A stretch of DNA of 64,000 nt from Gemmatimonadota bacterium (GTDB taxonomy: Bacteria; Gemmatimonadota; Gemmatimonadetes; Gemmatimonadales; GWC2-71-9), in the NCBI GenBank assembly GCA_037440225.1, contig JBBIUN010000005.1:103450-167449 (forward strand), in the 5' to 3' direction. Positions 19,286 to 28,389 of this stretch are shown here, piece by piece; position 1 is the first letter of the stretch; every line of letters starts with the position of its first letter. The notes under the pieces were generated by a model that was given only the letters and a program-made list of their open reading frames with translations, made no database searches and was not told the DNA's origin. A program made the translations under genes and the position numbers.

Positions 19286-20320
19286 CTAAGCCACCAGGGC
19301 GCGCAGCAACACGTAGGCCATCCCGGCGATGCCGGCCGTGGCGGGGATGGTGAGCACCCAGGCCCAGACGATCCGGGCCGCCACCATCCAGCGCACCGCC
19401 GAGAGACGATTCGCGGCTCCCACGCCGGCCACCGCGCCGGTGATGGTGTGCGTGGTGCTCACCGGAATCCCGAAGTGCGAAGCCACGAACAACGTGATCG
19501 CGCCGCTGGTCTCGGCGCAAAACCCCCCGAACGGCCGCAGCTTGGTGATCCGCTGGCCCATGGTCCGCACAATCCGCCAGCCGCCCGCCAACGTGCCCAG
19601 CCCGATGGCCGCGTGGGCCCCCAAGATCACCCAGGTGGGCACGTGATCTGCCGAGGTGAGATGCAACGCCCGGATGGGAAACGAAGCGAAGAGGTCCTGG
19701 CTCGAGACCAGCAACGCCACCACGATGCCCATGGTCTTCTGGGCGTCGTTGGTGCCGTGCCCCAGCGAGTAGGCCGCAGCCGAAACCAATTGCAAGCTGC
19801 GGAACGCTCGGTCCACCGGGCGGGGACGCGCCCGCCGGAGTAGCCAGGAGAGCCCGATATTCAGCGTGAGCGCCATCACCAGGCCCATCACCGGGGCCAC
19901 CACGATGAAGACCAAGGTCTTGGTCCAGCCGCCGGCGATGATGGCCGACCAGCCGGCCTTGGCCACCGCCGCACCCGCATAGCCGCCCACCAGGGCGTGG
20001 GACGACGACGTGGGCAGCCCCAGCCACCACGTCACCAGGTCCCACGCAATCGCCCCGATCAAGCCAGCCAGCACTACCGTCGCATCCACCACCCGGAGAT
20101 CAATCATCCCGCCCCCAATGGTCTTGGCGATGGCCGTACCGAACACGAAGGCCGCCACGAAGTTCCAGAACGCCGCCCAGGCGACCGCAGCCATAGGCGA
20201 GAGCACCCTGGTGCTCACCACCGTGGCAATGCTGTTGGCGCTGTCGTGAAATCCGTTGATAAAGTCGAAAATGAATGCGACGAAAACGATCGCGAGAACA
20301 AACCCAACCGAGGCCGCCAT
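19286..20320 (-). CDS. pit: Inorganic phosphate transporter (PiT)
   Basis: NGFHDSANSIAT, GLPTSSSH, HGTNDAQK, PVSTTH. Confidence 0.94.
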   Translation of the reverse strand: MAASVGFVLAIVFVAFIFDFINGFHDSANSIATVVSTRVLSPMAAVAWAAFWNFVAAFVFGTAIAKTIGGGMIDLRVVDATVVLAGLIGAIAWDLVTWWLGLPTSSSHALVGGYAGAAVAKAGWSAIIAGGWTKTLVFIVVAPVMGLVMALTLNIGLSWLLRRARPRPVDRAFRSLQLVSAAAYSLGHGTNDAQKTMGIVVALLVSSQDLFASFPIRALHLTSADHVPTWVILGAHAAIGLGTLAGGWRIVRTMGQRITKLRPFGGFCAETSGAITLFVASHFGIPVSTTHTITGAVAGVGAANRLSAVRWMVAARIVWAWVLTIPATAGIAGMAYVLLRALVA

Positions 20321-20940
20321 CAGGCGTGCTTCAGGACGATGGACTCGATGGCGTTCGCCACGTCCTCCGCTTCGTCAATCGTGGTCTCCAAGTTGTCGTA
20401 GATCTCCTTCCACTTGATGATCGCGATGGGGTCCCGCTCCTGATCGAACAGCCGGCCCAGCATCTCGTGGTACAAGGCGTCTCCCTCCTCCTCCAAGCGC
20501 TTCGCCTCGATACAGTGCCGCATCACGTCGTCCTGGCTCCGAAGCTTGGCCACCGCCTGCGCAATCTCGCTGGTGATTTCGTGGATCACGTCGCACAGCT
20601 CGGCAATACCCTCCGGCGCCCGCCCCAACCGAAAGATCTGAGCCCGCCGGGCCGTGCCGTCAATGCGGTCAATGACGTCGTCCAAATCCGAGGCCAATAG
20701 ATGGATGTCTTCGCGGTCAATCGGCGTGATGAACGTGCGGTCGAGCCGGTTGACTACCTCGTGGGTGACCTCGTCCGCCTCGTTCTCCAGGCGCTTGATG
20801 GACTCGGCACAGTAGGCTGCCCGCTCCGGCCGGCCGGTCAGCTGCTCCCGGAGCAACACCGCCGCCTCCTGACAGCGATTGGCCACCGCCACAAAAAGCT
20901 CGAAAAACTCTTCCTCTCGAGGCATCAGTCGAAATCGCAA
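20320..20940 (-). CDS. DUF47 phosphate transport regulator
   Basis: PREEEFFELF, LENEADEV, TFITPIDREDI, LEEEGD, IIKWKEIY. TTG start after GGAG; coupled to pit. Confidence 0.9.
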   Translation of the reverse strand: MRFRLMPREEEFFELFVAVANRCQEAAVLLREQLTGRPERAAYCAESIKRLENEADEVTHEVVNRLDRTFITPIDREDIHLLASDLDDVIDRIDGTARRAQIFRLGRAPEGIAELCDVIHEITSEIAQAVAKLRSQDDVMRHCIEAKRLEEEGDALYHEMLGRLFDQERDPIAIIKWKEIYDNLETTIDEAEDVANAIESIVLKHA

Positions 20941-21069
20941 CGTCACTCTCCTGTCCGGGGCGGCCACAAAGTACGCGCTCGGCCTGCCCGCGCCAAGTGA
21001 ACGACCTGAGCAAATCGCTCGGCAACCGACCCGCCGCGGCAGCGCACCGTGGCGGCCTGCGCCAAGGGC

Positions 21070-21105
21070 TTGCACCTGCAACCGCTTCGGGATATATTCG
21101 GGTAT
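21070..21105 (+). promoter_or_regulatory. Sigma70-type promoter overlapped by a 21-bp operator-like element (copy 1)
   Basis: TTGCAC (21070-75), 17 nt, TATATT (21093-98). CTTCGGGATATATTCGGGTAT at 21085-21105. Confidence 0.75.
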
Positions 21106-21286
21106 GGGCCTCCACCCGGTCGCCGCGGCCACCGCCCCACGCAGGCAAGACGAAGTACCCCAGCCGTTTGGATTGCAAGATCTTGCAGCAGAAGAACTTA
21201 CCCGGTGCCCGGACTGCGGCGGACACCTGGTTCCGGCTGATGGCTGCCGATACTGCCCCTCCTGTGGCTTCGGTCGCTGCGGCTGA
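21104..21286 (+). CDS. Small Zn-ribbon protein (60 aa), probably leaderless
   Basis: MGLHP...RCPDCGGHLVPADGCRYCPSCGFGRCG. The ATG starts 5 nt after the -10 box and has no SD. Confidence 0.65.
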   Translation: MGLHPVAAATAPRRQDEVPQPFGLQDLAAEELTRCPDCGGHLVPADGCRYCPSCGFGRCG

Positions 21287-22334
21287 GAGCACGGGCCCGG
21301 CCTCTCTATCCCTGCCGGTGCTGGAGCAACTGCGGCGCGGTTCTCGGTTCATAAGCCACGTCCCCCGCTCGGTCCTCAACTCTCCGGAGTCCACCGGCAT
21401 CGGCTGCTGGTCGCTCAACCCGTACGTGGGCTGCGAGTTCGGCTGCACGTATTGCTATGCCCGCTTCGCGCACCGCTACCTCGTCCAGCGCGCCCGCGAT
21501 GCCGGCTGCCTCACCCCGGCTCAGGCCAGCGAGTTCCAAGGCCCGCGCGGTTTCGAGGGGTTCGAACGCGAGATCTTCGTCAAGCAGCGCGAGGCCCTGC
21601 TCTCGGCCTTGGGGCGCGACCTCCCGCGAGCGCTGGCACGGTACCGCCAAGGGGATTGCCGGCCACTCTTGATCGGTACCGCCACCGACCCGTACCAGCC
21701 CGCAGAGCGGCGGTTCGGCATCACCCGGGCGGTGCTCGAGCGCCTGTTGCAAGCGCCCCCGCTCGCGCTGGGCCTGATCACGAAGAGCCCTCTGGTCACC
21801 CGCGACCTTAGTCTGCTGGAAAGCTTGAGCCGGAGGCACCAGGTCACGGTGCACATCTCGCTCATCAGCACCAGCCCGCGGATCATCCGCTGCTTCGAGA
21901 CCCGCTCCGCCATGCCCCATGCGCGCCTGCGTGCGCTGCGCCGGCTGGCGGAGGCCGGTCTCGATGCGGGCCTGCTCGTCGCCCCCATTCTGCCGGGCAT
22001 CACCGACCGCGCCTCTGAACTCCGCCGTTTGCTCCGTGCCGCCCGGGAATATGGGGCCCGCTTTGCCCATCCCAGCCCCCTGCGGCTGTACCGCGCCGTC
22101 CGTCCGGTCTTCTTGCCGGCCATCGAGCGGCACTTCCCCGGCTTGCTCCCCCGCTACCAGGCGGCCTATCGGCGCGCCGAAGAGGCGCCGGACGCCTACG
22201 TCCGCGCCCTTAAGGAGCGCTTTGCCAGCTTGGCGCGCGAGATTGGCCTGTCAACGCAGAGCGCCTTGAGCCAGGTTTCCCTGGGGCAGGGCCAAGCGCA
22301 ACAGTTGGCCCTGTGGACGACGAGCACTCCCTGA
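21240..22334 (+). CDS. Radical SAM protein, SPL/Rv2578c-like (start approximate)
   Basis: WSLNPYVGCEFGCTYCYAR (CxxxCxxC), IGTATDPYQPAE, ITKSPLVTRD, APILPGITD. Confidence 0.9.
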   Translation: MAADTAPPVASVAAAESTGPASLSLPVLEQLRRGSRFISHVPRSVLNSPESTGIGCWSLNPYVGCEFGCTYCYARFAHRYLVQRARDAGCLTPAQASEFQGPRGFEGFEREIFVKQREALLSALGRDLPRALARYRQGDCRPLLIGTATDPYQPAERRFGITRAVLERLLQAPPLALGLITKSPLVTRDLSLLESLSRRHQVTVHISLISTSPRIIRCFETRSAMPHARLRALRRLAEAGLDAGLLVAPILPGITDRASELRRLLRAAREYGARFAHPSPLRLYRAVRPVFLPAIERHFPGLLPRYQAAYRRAEEAPDAYVRALKERFASLAREIGLSTQSALSQVSLGQGQAQQLALWTTSTP

Positions 22335-22355
22335 AGCGCTTGCGGCCCGCTACCC

Positions 22356-23249
22356 TCAGAGGGGCAGGTGCGGCTGCCGGCTCCCGGGGCTCGCCCGAAT
22401 GCCGAGGGGCTGCAGAACCGTTCGGTAGGCGTCCTCGAGTTCCGGCGGCACTTCCACCTCAGCCTCGCCCCAGAGCTTCCGCAACATCGCTGCATTGACC
22501 GCGGCTTGACCGCGGTAATGGTTGTTGGCAATCACGTAAGTCTCTCGGGCTCGCTCCGCCACCTCGTGGATCCGATCCAACCAGGGCTTCAGTTCCTCCG
22601 CGCTATAGAGATAGTCGTAACGCTCGTGCGGCTCGGCATCCTCGCGGAACCAGTTCTCGTAATTGCGCCCATGCAACCGCACGTAGCCGATCGGGGCGGT
22701 GACCTGGGATCCAGGTCGAATGGAGTGCCGGAAGATCGGCTGGTCAATGTTCACCACCCCCACGCCGCGCTCGGCCAGAGCGGCGTAGAACTCGGGCACG
22801 TTCCAGGAACTGTGCCGCACCTCCACGGCCAGCGGCCACTCGGCAAAGGCGCTCAGCACGTCGTCCAGCCACTCGCGCGATTCGACCGTCCGCTTGAACG
22901 ACCAGGGAAACTGGGCCAGCACGCAACCCAGCCTGCCCGCACCTGCCAGCGGCTTCAGGCCTTCCTGCGCCAGGGCCACTTCTCCTTGAGTCCACGCGCT
23001 CTCCCGCTCGTGGGTGAACCGCTGCCACAGCTTGGCGGTGAACTTGAAGTCCGGGTTGTGGGCGACCCGCTTGACCCAGCTGGTGGCGGCGCGGGCAGTG
23101 GCGGGATGGTAAAAGGTCGAGTTGATCTCGATGGTGTCGAAGTAACGCGCCAGATAGGCTAAGGGATCGAAGCCTCGGGGCCGAGTGGGTGGATAGACCA
23201 TCCCCCACCAATCCGCATAGTCCCAGCCCGCAACGCCAAATCTAATCAT
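22356..23249 (-). CDS. DUF72 protein
   Basis: FGVAGWDYADW, FDTIEINSTFY, QFPWSF, VEVRHSSW, YVRLHGRN, YDYLYS. Confidence 0.92.
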   Translation of the reverse strand: MIRFGVAGWDYADWWGMVYPPTRPRGFDPLAYLARYFDTIEINSTFYHPATARAATSWVKRVAHNPDFKFTAKLWQRFTHERESAWTQGEVALAQEGLKPLAGAGRLGCVLAQFPWSFKRTVESREWLDDVLSAFAEWPLAVEVRHSSWNVPEFYAALAERGVGVVNIDQPIFRHSIRPGSQVTAPIGYVRLHGRNYENWFREDAEPHERYDYLYSAEELKPWLDRIHEVAERARETYVIANNHYRGQAAVNAAMLRKLWGEAEVEVPPELEDAYRTVLQPLGIRASPGSRQPHLPL

Positions 23250-23281
23250 GACAATCAGTTACAAATCATAACGCGGCAGCC

Positions 23282-23316
23282 TTGCGGCAGCAAATCTTCG
23301 GGATATATTCGGGTAT
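23282..23316 (+). promoter_or_regulatory. Promoter overlapped by the 21-bp operator-like element (copy 2)
   Basis: CTTCGGGATATATTCGGGTAT at 23296-23316, identical to 21085-21105. TTGCGG, 16 nt, TATATT. Confidence 0.75.
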
Positions 23317-23347
23317 AAAGCAGCATTTGTCAACCGAGTGCGCCACG

Positions 23348-24643
23348 ATGAAGCAGCTTGCAGAACTCCAAAGCGAGTGTGCCGTCTGCGTCTGGATTCC
23401 TTTGTTTGCCCTGCGCTGCGAGGAGGCACGGCGACCGGAATTGGCTGCCCAGCCTACCGCCTTACTGTCCCCGGAAGATACCCGGCGGGTCTGGATGGTC
23501 TCGGCGGCGGCTCGCCGGATGGGAGTGAGGGCCGGGGTTACCGTGAGCCAGGCGATTGGCTTGTGTCCGCCGCTCGTGCTGGTGGAACCCGATCCCGTCT
23601 GGTACGACGAACAGTTCGCCCGATTGCTCCTGGCGCTGAGTCAGGTCAGTCCGGTGATCGAGCCGGCGGAGCTGGGGCTGGCCTATGTGGGGGTGGATGG
23701 GTTGGGCGCCCTGTACGGTTCGCCGGAGCGGATCCTCGCGCAGATCGTGCGGGCCCTCGAGCAAGCGCGCTTGCAGGCCGGCGAGCGGGTGATCGGCGGC
23801 CATCAGGATCCTGCTGCCGGTGCGGGCGCTCGTCCGGTGTATCGCTTGGGATGGGGCCGGGGCAAGTTCACCGCTTGGGTGGCAGCTACCCGCGCTAGCC
23901 CCGGCGAGTTCGTGATCGTGGCGGACCATGTCCGGCTCGAGTTTCTGGCCTCGCAGCCGCTGGCCGTGCTGCCGCTCGACCCCGACATCCATCGCAAGCT
24001 CCATCAACTGGGCCTGAAGACGCTGGGTGACCTCACCGCGCTCCCGGAGCCGGCGGTCACCTCGCAGTTTGGCCGGCTGGGACAACTCGCCTGGCGCCTG
24101 GCGGCGGGCGTGCTCGCGGAACCGGTGCTCGGGCGCGAGCGGCCCGAACCGATCGTAGCTGAACTCGATTTCCCCACCCCGCTGGCGGACCGGCTGATGC
24201 TGGCCCAGGCCATCGAGAAGCTGGTCGAGCGCGCGCTGCGATCGCCGCGCCGCGTGGGCTGGCGGGTGCACGCGCTTCGCGCCCGCGCCTGGCTGGAGCA
24301 GGGTGCTTCCTGGCTTTGCGAGATCACGCTCAAAGATCCCTCGGCTGACGCCCACCGCCTGGCGGCGCCGCTCAAGACCCGACTGGAGCAGGCGCCGCCG
24401 GCTGGAGCGGTCGAGCGGTTGGCGGTCGAGTTCACTGCCTTCGCGCCCGGTACCACGGAATTGCAGCTCTTCGCCCGCGACGCTACCAGTGCCGCCCGCG
24501 CCAGCCGCCGCCAGGCGTTGCGCGCTGCGGTCCAGGAAATCCGGACCCGCTTCCGCCGCTCGTCCCTCTATCACGTGATCGAGGTCCACCCATGGTCGCG
24601 CCTCCCCGAACGCCGCTACGCATTGATCGCTTACGAGCCCTGA
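23348..24643 (+). CDS. imuB: ImuB-like inactive Y-family polymerase
   Basis: CVWIPLFAL (catalytic Asp absent), AARRMGVRAGVTVSQA, LGLKTLGDL, TELQLF clamp-like motif; lies upstream of dnaE2. Confidence 0.85.
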   Translation: MKQLAELQSECAVCVWIPLFALRCEEARRPELAAQPTALLSPEDTRRVWMVSAAARRMGVRAGVTVSQAIGLCPPLVLVEPDPVWYDEQFARLLLALSQVSPVIEPAELGLAYVGVDGLGALYGSPERILAQIVRALEQARLQAGERVIGGHQDPAAGAGARPVYRLGWGRGKFTAWVAATRASPGEFVIVADHVRLEFLASQPLAVLPLDPDIHRKLHQLGLKTLGDLTALPEPAVTSQFGRLGQLAWRLAAGVLAEPVLGRERPEPIVAELDFPTPLADRLMLAQAIEKLVERALRSPRRVGWRVHALRARAWLEQGASWLCEITLKDPSADAHRLAAPLKTRLEQAPPAGAVERLAVEFTAFAPGTTELQLFARDATSAARASRRQALRAAVQEIRTRFRRSSLYHVIEVHPWSRLPERRYALIAYEP

Positions 24644-24927
24644 ACGTCCCCCGGCAGGTGGAGGTGGAACTGGACCGCCACCGCCAGCCGAAGGCCGTCC
24701 TCGGCAGCTACGAGCAGACCCAGGCCAGTGCTGCGGGGCCGCCCGCGCCGACGGCCGGCAGAGACCGCTACGAGGTCGAAGCGATTGGCGAGGTCTGGCG
24801 AGTAGACGACGAATGGTGGCGGCAGCCGATCAGCCGGCGCTACTTCGACGTGGTCCTGCAAGGAGGAAAACACGTGGTGGTGTTCGAAGACCTGACCACC
24901 AATCAGTGGTGGATGCAGCAGCCCTAG
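24592..24927 (+). CDS. Stand-alone ImuB C-terminal-like domain (DUF6504-like)
   Basis: VEAIGEVWRVDDEWWR...RRYFDV...VFEDLTTNQWW resembles the WW/RxY C-terminal domain of ImuB. Confidence 0.72.
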   Translation: MVAPPRTPLRIDRLRALNVPRQVEVELDRHRQPKAVLGSYEQTQASAAGPPAPTAGRDRYEVEAIGEVWRVDDEWWRQPISRRYFDVVLQGGKHVVVFEDLTTNQWWMQQP

Positions 24928-24969
24928 CGGAGATCGGCCGGCGGGGCCGGCCCCACACCGCTCGACCCG

Positions 24970-27900
24970 ATGTACACCGAACTCCACTGCCACTCGGCCT
25001 TCTCTTTTCTGGACGGCGCCTCGCTCCCCGAGCACCTGGTCCTCGAGGCGCATGCGCTGGGTTACTCCGCGCTCGCCCTCACCGACCATAACGGCCTCTA
25101 CGGGTCCATGGCCTTCGCCCAGGCTGCCAAGCAGATGGGCCTCCAGGCCATCACCGGCGCCGAACTCACCCTGCTCGACGGCTCGCACGTGACCCTGCTG
25201 GCCGAAACCCCGCAGGGCTACGCCCATCTCTGCCGCCTGATCACGGAAGCTCACCTCGGGCGTCCCGATCGGCGCGACCCGCGGCTGGATTTCGCCTCGA
25301 TAGCAGAGCGTCAGGAAGGGTTGATCGTGCTCTCAGGATGCCGGGGCGGCCTGCTCCCGCAGGTGCTGCAACGCCAGGGCTTCAGCGCCGCCCGCCGGCT
25401 CGCCGAGCGCTGTCGCGCGCTGTTCGGCCGGGAACGGTTCTTCGTGGAGATTCAGCGCAATTTCGTGCGCGGCGACCGCGATCTCACCCGCGCGCTGTGC
25501 GACCTCGCCGACGCCGCGGGCCTCCGGGTGGCCGCGACCGGCGATGTGCACTATCACCGGCGCGAGCGCCACCGGCTGCACGACGTGCTGGTGGCCATTC
25601 GCCACCGCAGCACCTTGGATGGCTCGCATGCGGCGCGGCGGCCCAACAGCGAGTTTTGCCTCCGCCCCCCGGAAGAAGTGGCCGCGCTCTTCGCCGACCG
25701 TCCCGATGCGATCGCCCACACGGAATTCATCGCCCAGCGCTGCGCGGCGTTCGATCTGACCCAGGACTTGGGCTACACGTTCCCCGACTTCCGCGGTGCG
25801 GATCGGACGCCGGCACCGCGTGCCTTGGCCGAACTGTGTAGCACCCGGCTGGAAGAGCGCTATCCGGAAGGCTCGCCGCTCCGCGCCGAAGCCGAGTCGC
25901 GCCTGGTCGAAGAACTCCGGCTGATCGAGCACCATAAGCTGAGCGGCTTCTTCCTCGTCTATCACGACCTCTTCGAGTTGGCGCGCGAGGTGGCGCGAGA
26001 CGTGCGGCGCGGTACTCGGCGGGCCATGGCCAACCTGCTTCCTGGACGAGGGCGCGGCTCTTCGGTCTCGTCCATCGTGTGCTACCTCTTGGGACTCTCC
26101 CACATTGATCCGGTAGCCAACCGCCTGTTCTTGGGCCGGTTCCTGAACGAAACGCTGGCCTCGATCCCGGACATAGACCTCGACTTTCCCCGCGAGATCC
26201 GCGAGGAGCTGATTCGCCGAGTCTACCAGCGCTACGGCGAAGAGCACGTGGGGCTGGTCTGCTCGTTTCCCACCTATCGGCTCCGCTCCGCGGTGCGCGA
26301 GATCGGCAAGGCGCTGGACCTGCCGCTGGGCGAGATCGAGCAGGTGGCCAAGCTCGCCTCGCACCATTCGGCGGCGGCGCTCCGGGACGAACTGTCCCGC
26401 CTGCCCGGGTTTGCCGGCAAGGTGCACGCCCCGCTGTGGCGCGAGCTGGGCGATCTGGCCGAAGAAATCGCCGGCCTGCCACGCCATATCTCGCAGCACG
26501 TGGGCGGCATGATCATCTCCAGCCGGCCGCTGGTAGAGATCGTACCGCTGGAGCGGTCGGCCATGCCGGATCGGGTGATCTGCCAGTGGGACAAAGATTC
26601 CTGCGACGACGCGCGATTCATCAAGATCGACTTCCTGGCGCTCGGCATGCTGTCCTTGGTCGAGGAGTGCGTCGAGCTGGTGGCCCAGCGCGAAGGGACG
26701 CCGCCCGATCTCTCGCGCATTGACTTCCACGATCAAGCGGTGTACGACCGCATCTGCGCCGGCGATACGGTGGGCCTGTTTCAGATCGAAAGCCGGGCCC
26801 AGATCCAGATGATCCGTCGCACGCGGCCCCGCAACCTGGAGGACCTCGCCATCGAGGTGGCGATCGTGCGGCCGGGGCCCATCGTGGGCGGCGCGGTGAA
26901 CCCCTACGTGCGCCGCCGCGAGGCCCAGCGCCGCGCCGAGCAACAAGGGCGGCGTTACGATCCCCCGGTGGATCACCCGCTCCTCAAGGACTGCCTGAGC
27001 GAGACGCTGGGCGTCATCCTCTATCAAGACCAGGTCCTCCAGGTCTGCCAAGCGCTCGCCGGGTTCACCGCAGGCCAAGCCGAGGCGCTGCGCCGCGCCA
27101 TGAGCCGGCGCCGCTCGCGCGAACTGATGGAGGGCTTCTGGGAGGAGTTCCGCGAGGGCGCATCCCGGCGGGGGGTCCAGGAGGCCGTAGCGCGGCGGGT
27201 CTTCGAGCAGGTGATCGCCTTTTCCGAGTTCGGGTTTCCCAAATCGCACGCTGCGGCCTTCGGCTTGCTGGCGTACCAGTCCGCCTGGCTCCGGCACTAT
27301 TACCCGGTCGAGTACTACGTAGCGCTCTTCAACAACCAGCCCATGGGGTTCTACTCGCTCGACGCCCTGGGCCGCGACGCCGGGCGCCACGGGATCGAGA
27401 TCCGGCTGCCGGATGTCAACGCGAGCGACGTGTGGTGCACCGTGGAACGGGTGGAGGAGGCGTCACCGGGCGACGGCCCGCCTCGCCGCGAGGGCTCGGG
27501 CCAGCCGAAGCTCGCGGTCCGGGTGGGGCTCGCGTTTCTCCGTGACTGGAGCGAGGAAACGGCGGAGCAACTCGTTAACGAGCGCCGGCAGCATGGTCCT
27601 TTTCGGAGCCTCGGCGACCTGGTGCGCCGGGCACCGCCCCGGCTTTCGCGCGAGGCGATCGAGAACCTGGTCTGGGTGGGCGGGTGCGACGGCTTCGGAC
27701 TCACGCGCCGCGAACTCCTGTGGCAGGTAGGCCTGTGGCTCCCCCCCAAGCACGAGCGGCACGATCCGGCCCGCGTGCGCCAGCAGCTCGAGCTGCCGCT
27801 CGATCATCCCTATGAAGACCTGCCGTTCGGCGGCCTCCAGGCCGGCGAGCGCTTGGTGGCCGAGTACGAAGTCCTGGGGTTCGCGGCGGGCGGGCATCCG

Positions 27901-28338
27901 TTCCACTTGTTGCGCGGCGCCCTGCCGCCGGGACTCACCTCCAGCGCCGAGCTGGAGAAGCTCGAGCCCCGCACTCCGGTGGAGGTGGCGGGCCTGGTGG
28001 TCGCCCGCCAACGCCCTCATACGGCCAAGGGCTTCGTGTTCGTATTGCTGGAGGACGAAGCCGGCATGATCAATGCGATCGTGCGGCCGGACGTCTACGA
28101 GCGGGATCGGGTGGCCATCCGCAGCGAGCCCTTCCTCTGGGTGCGCGGCACGCTGGCCAAGGACGAGGGCTCACTCAACGTGATCGCCGAAGAGGTGCGG
28201 GCCCTTCCCGTCCGCCGCCGTGGCCCAGCGGCCAGCTTGGCGTGGGAGCAGCACCCCGGCCGATCGAAGCCGACCAGCCCCTACACCCTGCTCCAGCACC
28301 TGCGGCGCTGGGCGCCGGATCCCAAGAGCTGGGCGTAA
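24970..28338 (+). CDS. dnaE2: Error-prone DNA polymerase DnaE2 (ImuC)
   Basis: PHP domain YTELHCHSAFSFLDGAS, GRGSS, PDIDLD, ISQHVGG, KIDFLALG, FGFPKSHA, OB fold LLEDEAG. Confidence 0.95.
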   Translation: MYTELHCHSAFSFLDGASLPEHLVLEAHALGYSALALTDHNGLYGSMAFAQAAKQMGLQAITGAELTLLDGSHVTLLAETPQGYAHLCRLITEAHLGRPDRRDPRLDFASIAERQEGLIVLSGCRGGLLPQVLQRQGFSAARRLAERCRALFGRERFFVEIQRNFVRGDRDLTRALCDLADAAGLRVAATGDVHYHRRERHRLHDVLVAIRHRSTLDGSHAARRPNSEFCLRPPEEVAALFADRPDAIAHTEFIAQRCAAFDLTQDLGYTFPDFRGADRTPAPRALAELCSTRLEERYPEGSPLRAEAESRLVEELRLIEHHKLSGFFLVYHDLFELAREVARDVRRGTRRAMANLLPGRGRGSSVSSIVCYLLGLSHIDPVANRLFLGRFLNETLASIPDIDLDFPREIREELIRRVYQRYGEEHVGLVCSFPTYRLRSAVREIGKALDLPLGEIEQVAKLASHHSAAALRDELSRLPGFAGKVHAPLWRELGDLAEEIAGLPRHISQHVGGMIISSRPLVEIVPLERSAMPDRVICQWDKDSCDDARFIKIDFLALGMLSLVEECVELVAQREGTPPDLSRIDFHDQAVYDRICAGDTVGLFQIESRAQIQMIRRTRPRNLEDLAIEVAIVRPGPIVGGAVNPYVRRREAQRRAEQQGRRYDPPVDHPLLKDCLSETLGVILYQDQVLQVCQALAGFTAGQAEALRRAMSRRRSRELMEGFWEEFREGASRRGVQEAVARRVFEQVIAFSEFGFPKSHAAAFGLLAYQSAWLRHYYPVEYYVALFNNQPMGFYSLDALGRDAGRHGIEIRLPDVNASDVWCTVERVEEASPGDGPPRREGSGQPKLAVRVGLAFLRDWSEETAEQLVNERRQHGPFRSLGDLVRRAPPRLSREAIENLVWVGGCDGFGLTRRELLWQVGLWLPPKHERHDPARVRQQLELPLDHPYEDLPFGGLQAGERLVAEYEVLGFAAGGHPFHLLRGALPPGLTSSAELEKLEPRTPVEVAGLVVARQRPHTAKGFVFVLLEDEAGMINAIVRPDVYERDRVAIRSEPFLWVRGTLAKDEGSLNVIAEEVRALPVRRRGPAASLAWEQHPGRSKPTSPYTLLQHLRRWAPDPKSWA

Positions 28339-28389
28339 GGCGCCGGAGGTCCACCGACGTTCGCCCCACCTGCTCCAGTGACTCGATGT

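Noticed and set aside
21085-23316. 21-bp repeats as CRISPR repeats, att sites or IS target duplication
   Set aside because: Only two copies, both positioned on promoter -10 boxes, with no cas, integrase or transposase
16315-27390. Long alternative-frame and antisense ORFs (e.g. 16315-18435, 25333-27390)
   Set aside because: Arg/Pro/Gly-rich shadow ORFs typical of high-GC DNA, overlapping well-supported genes
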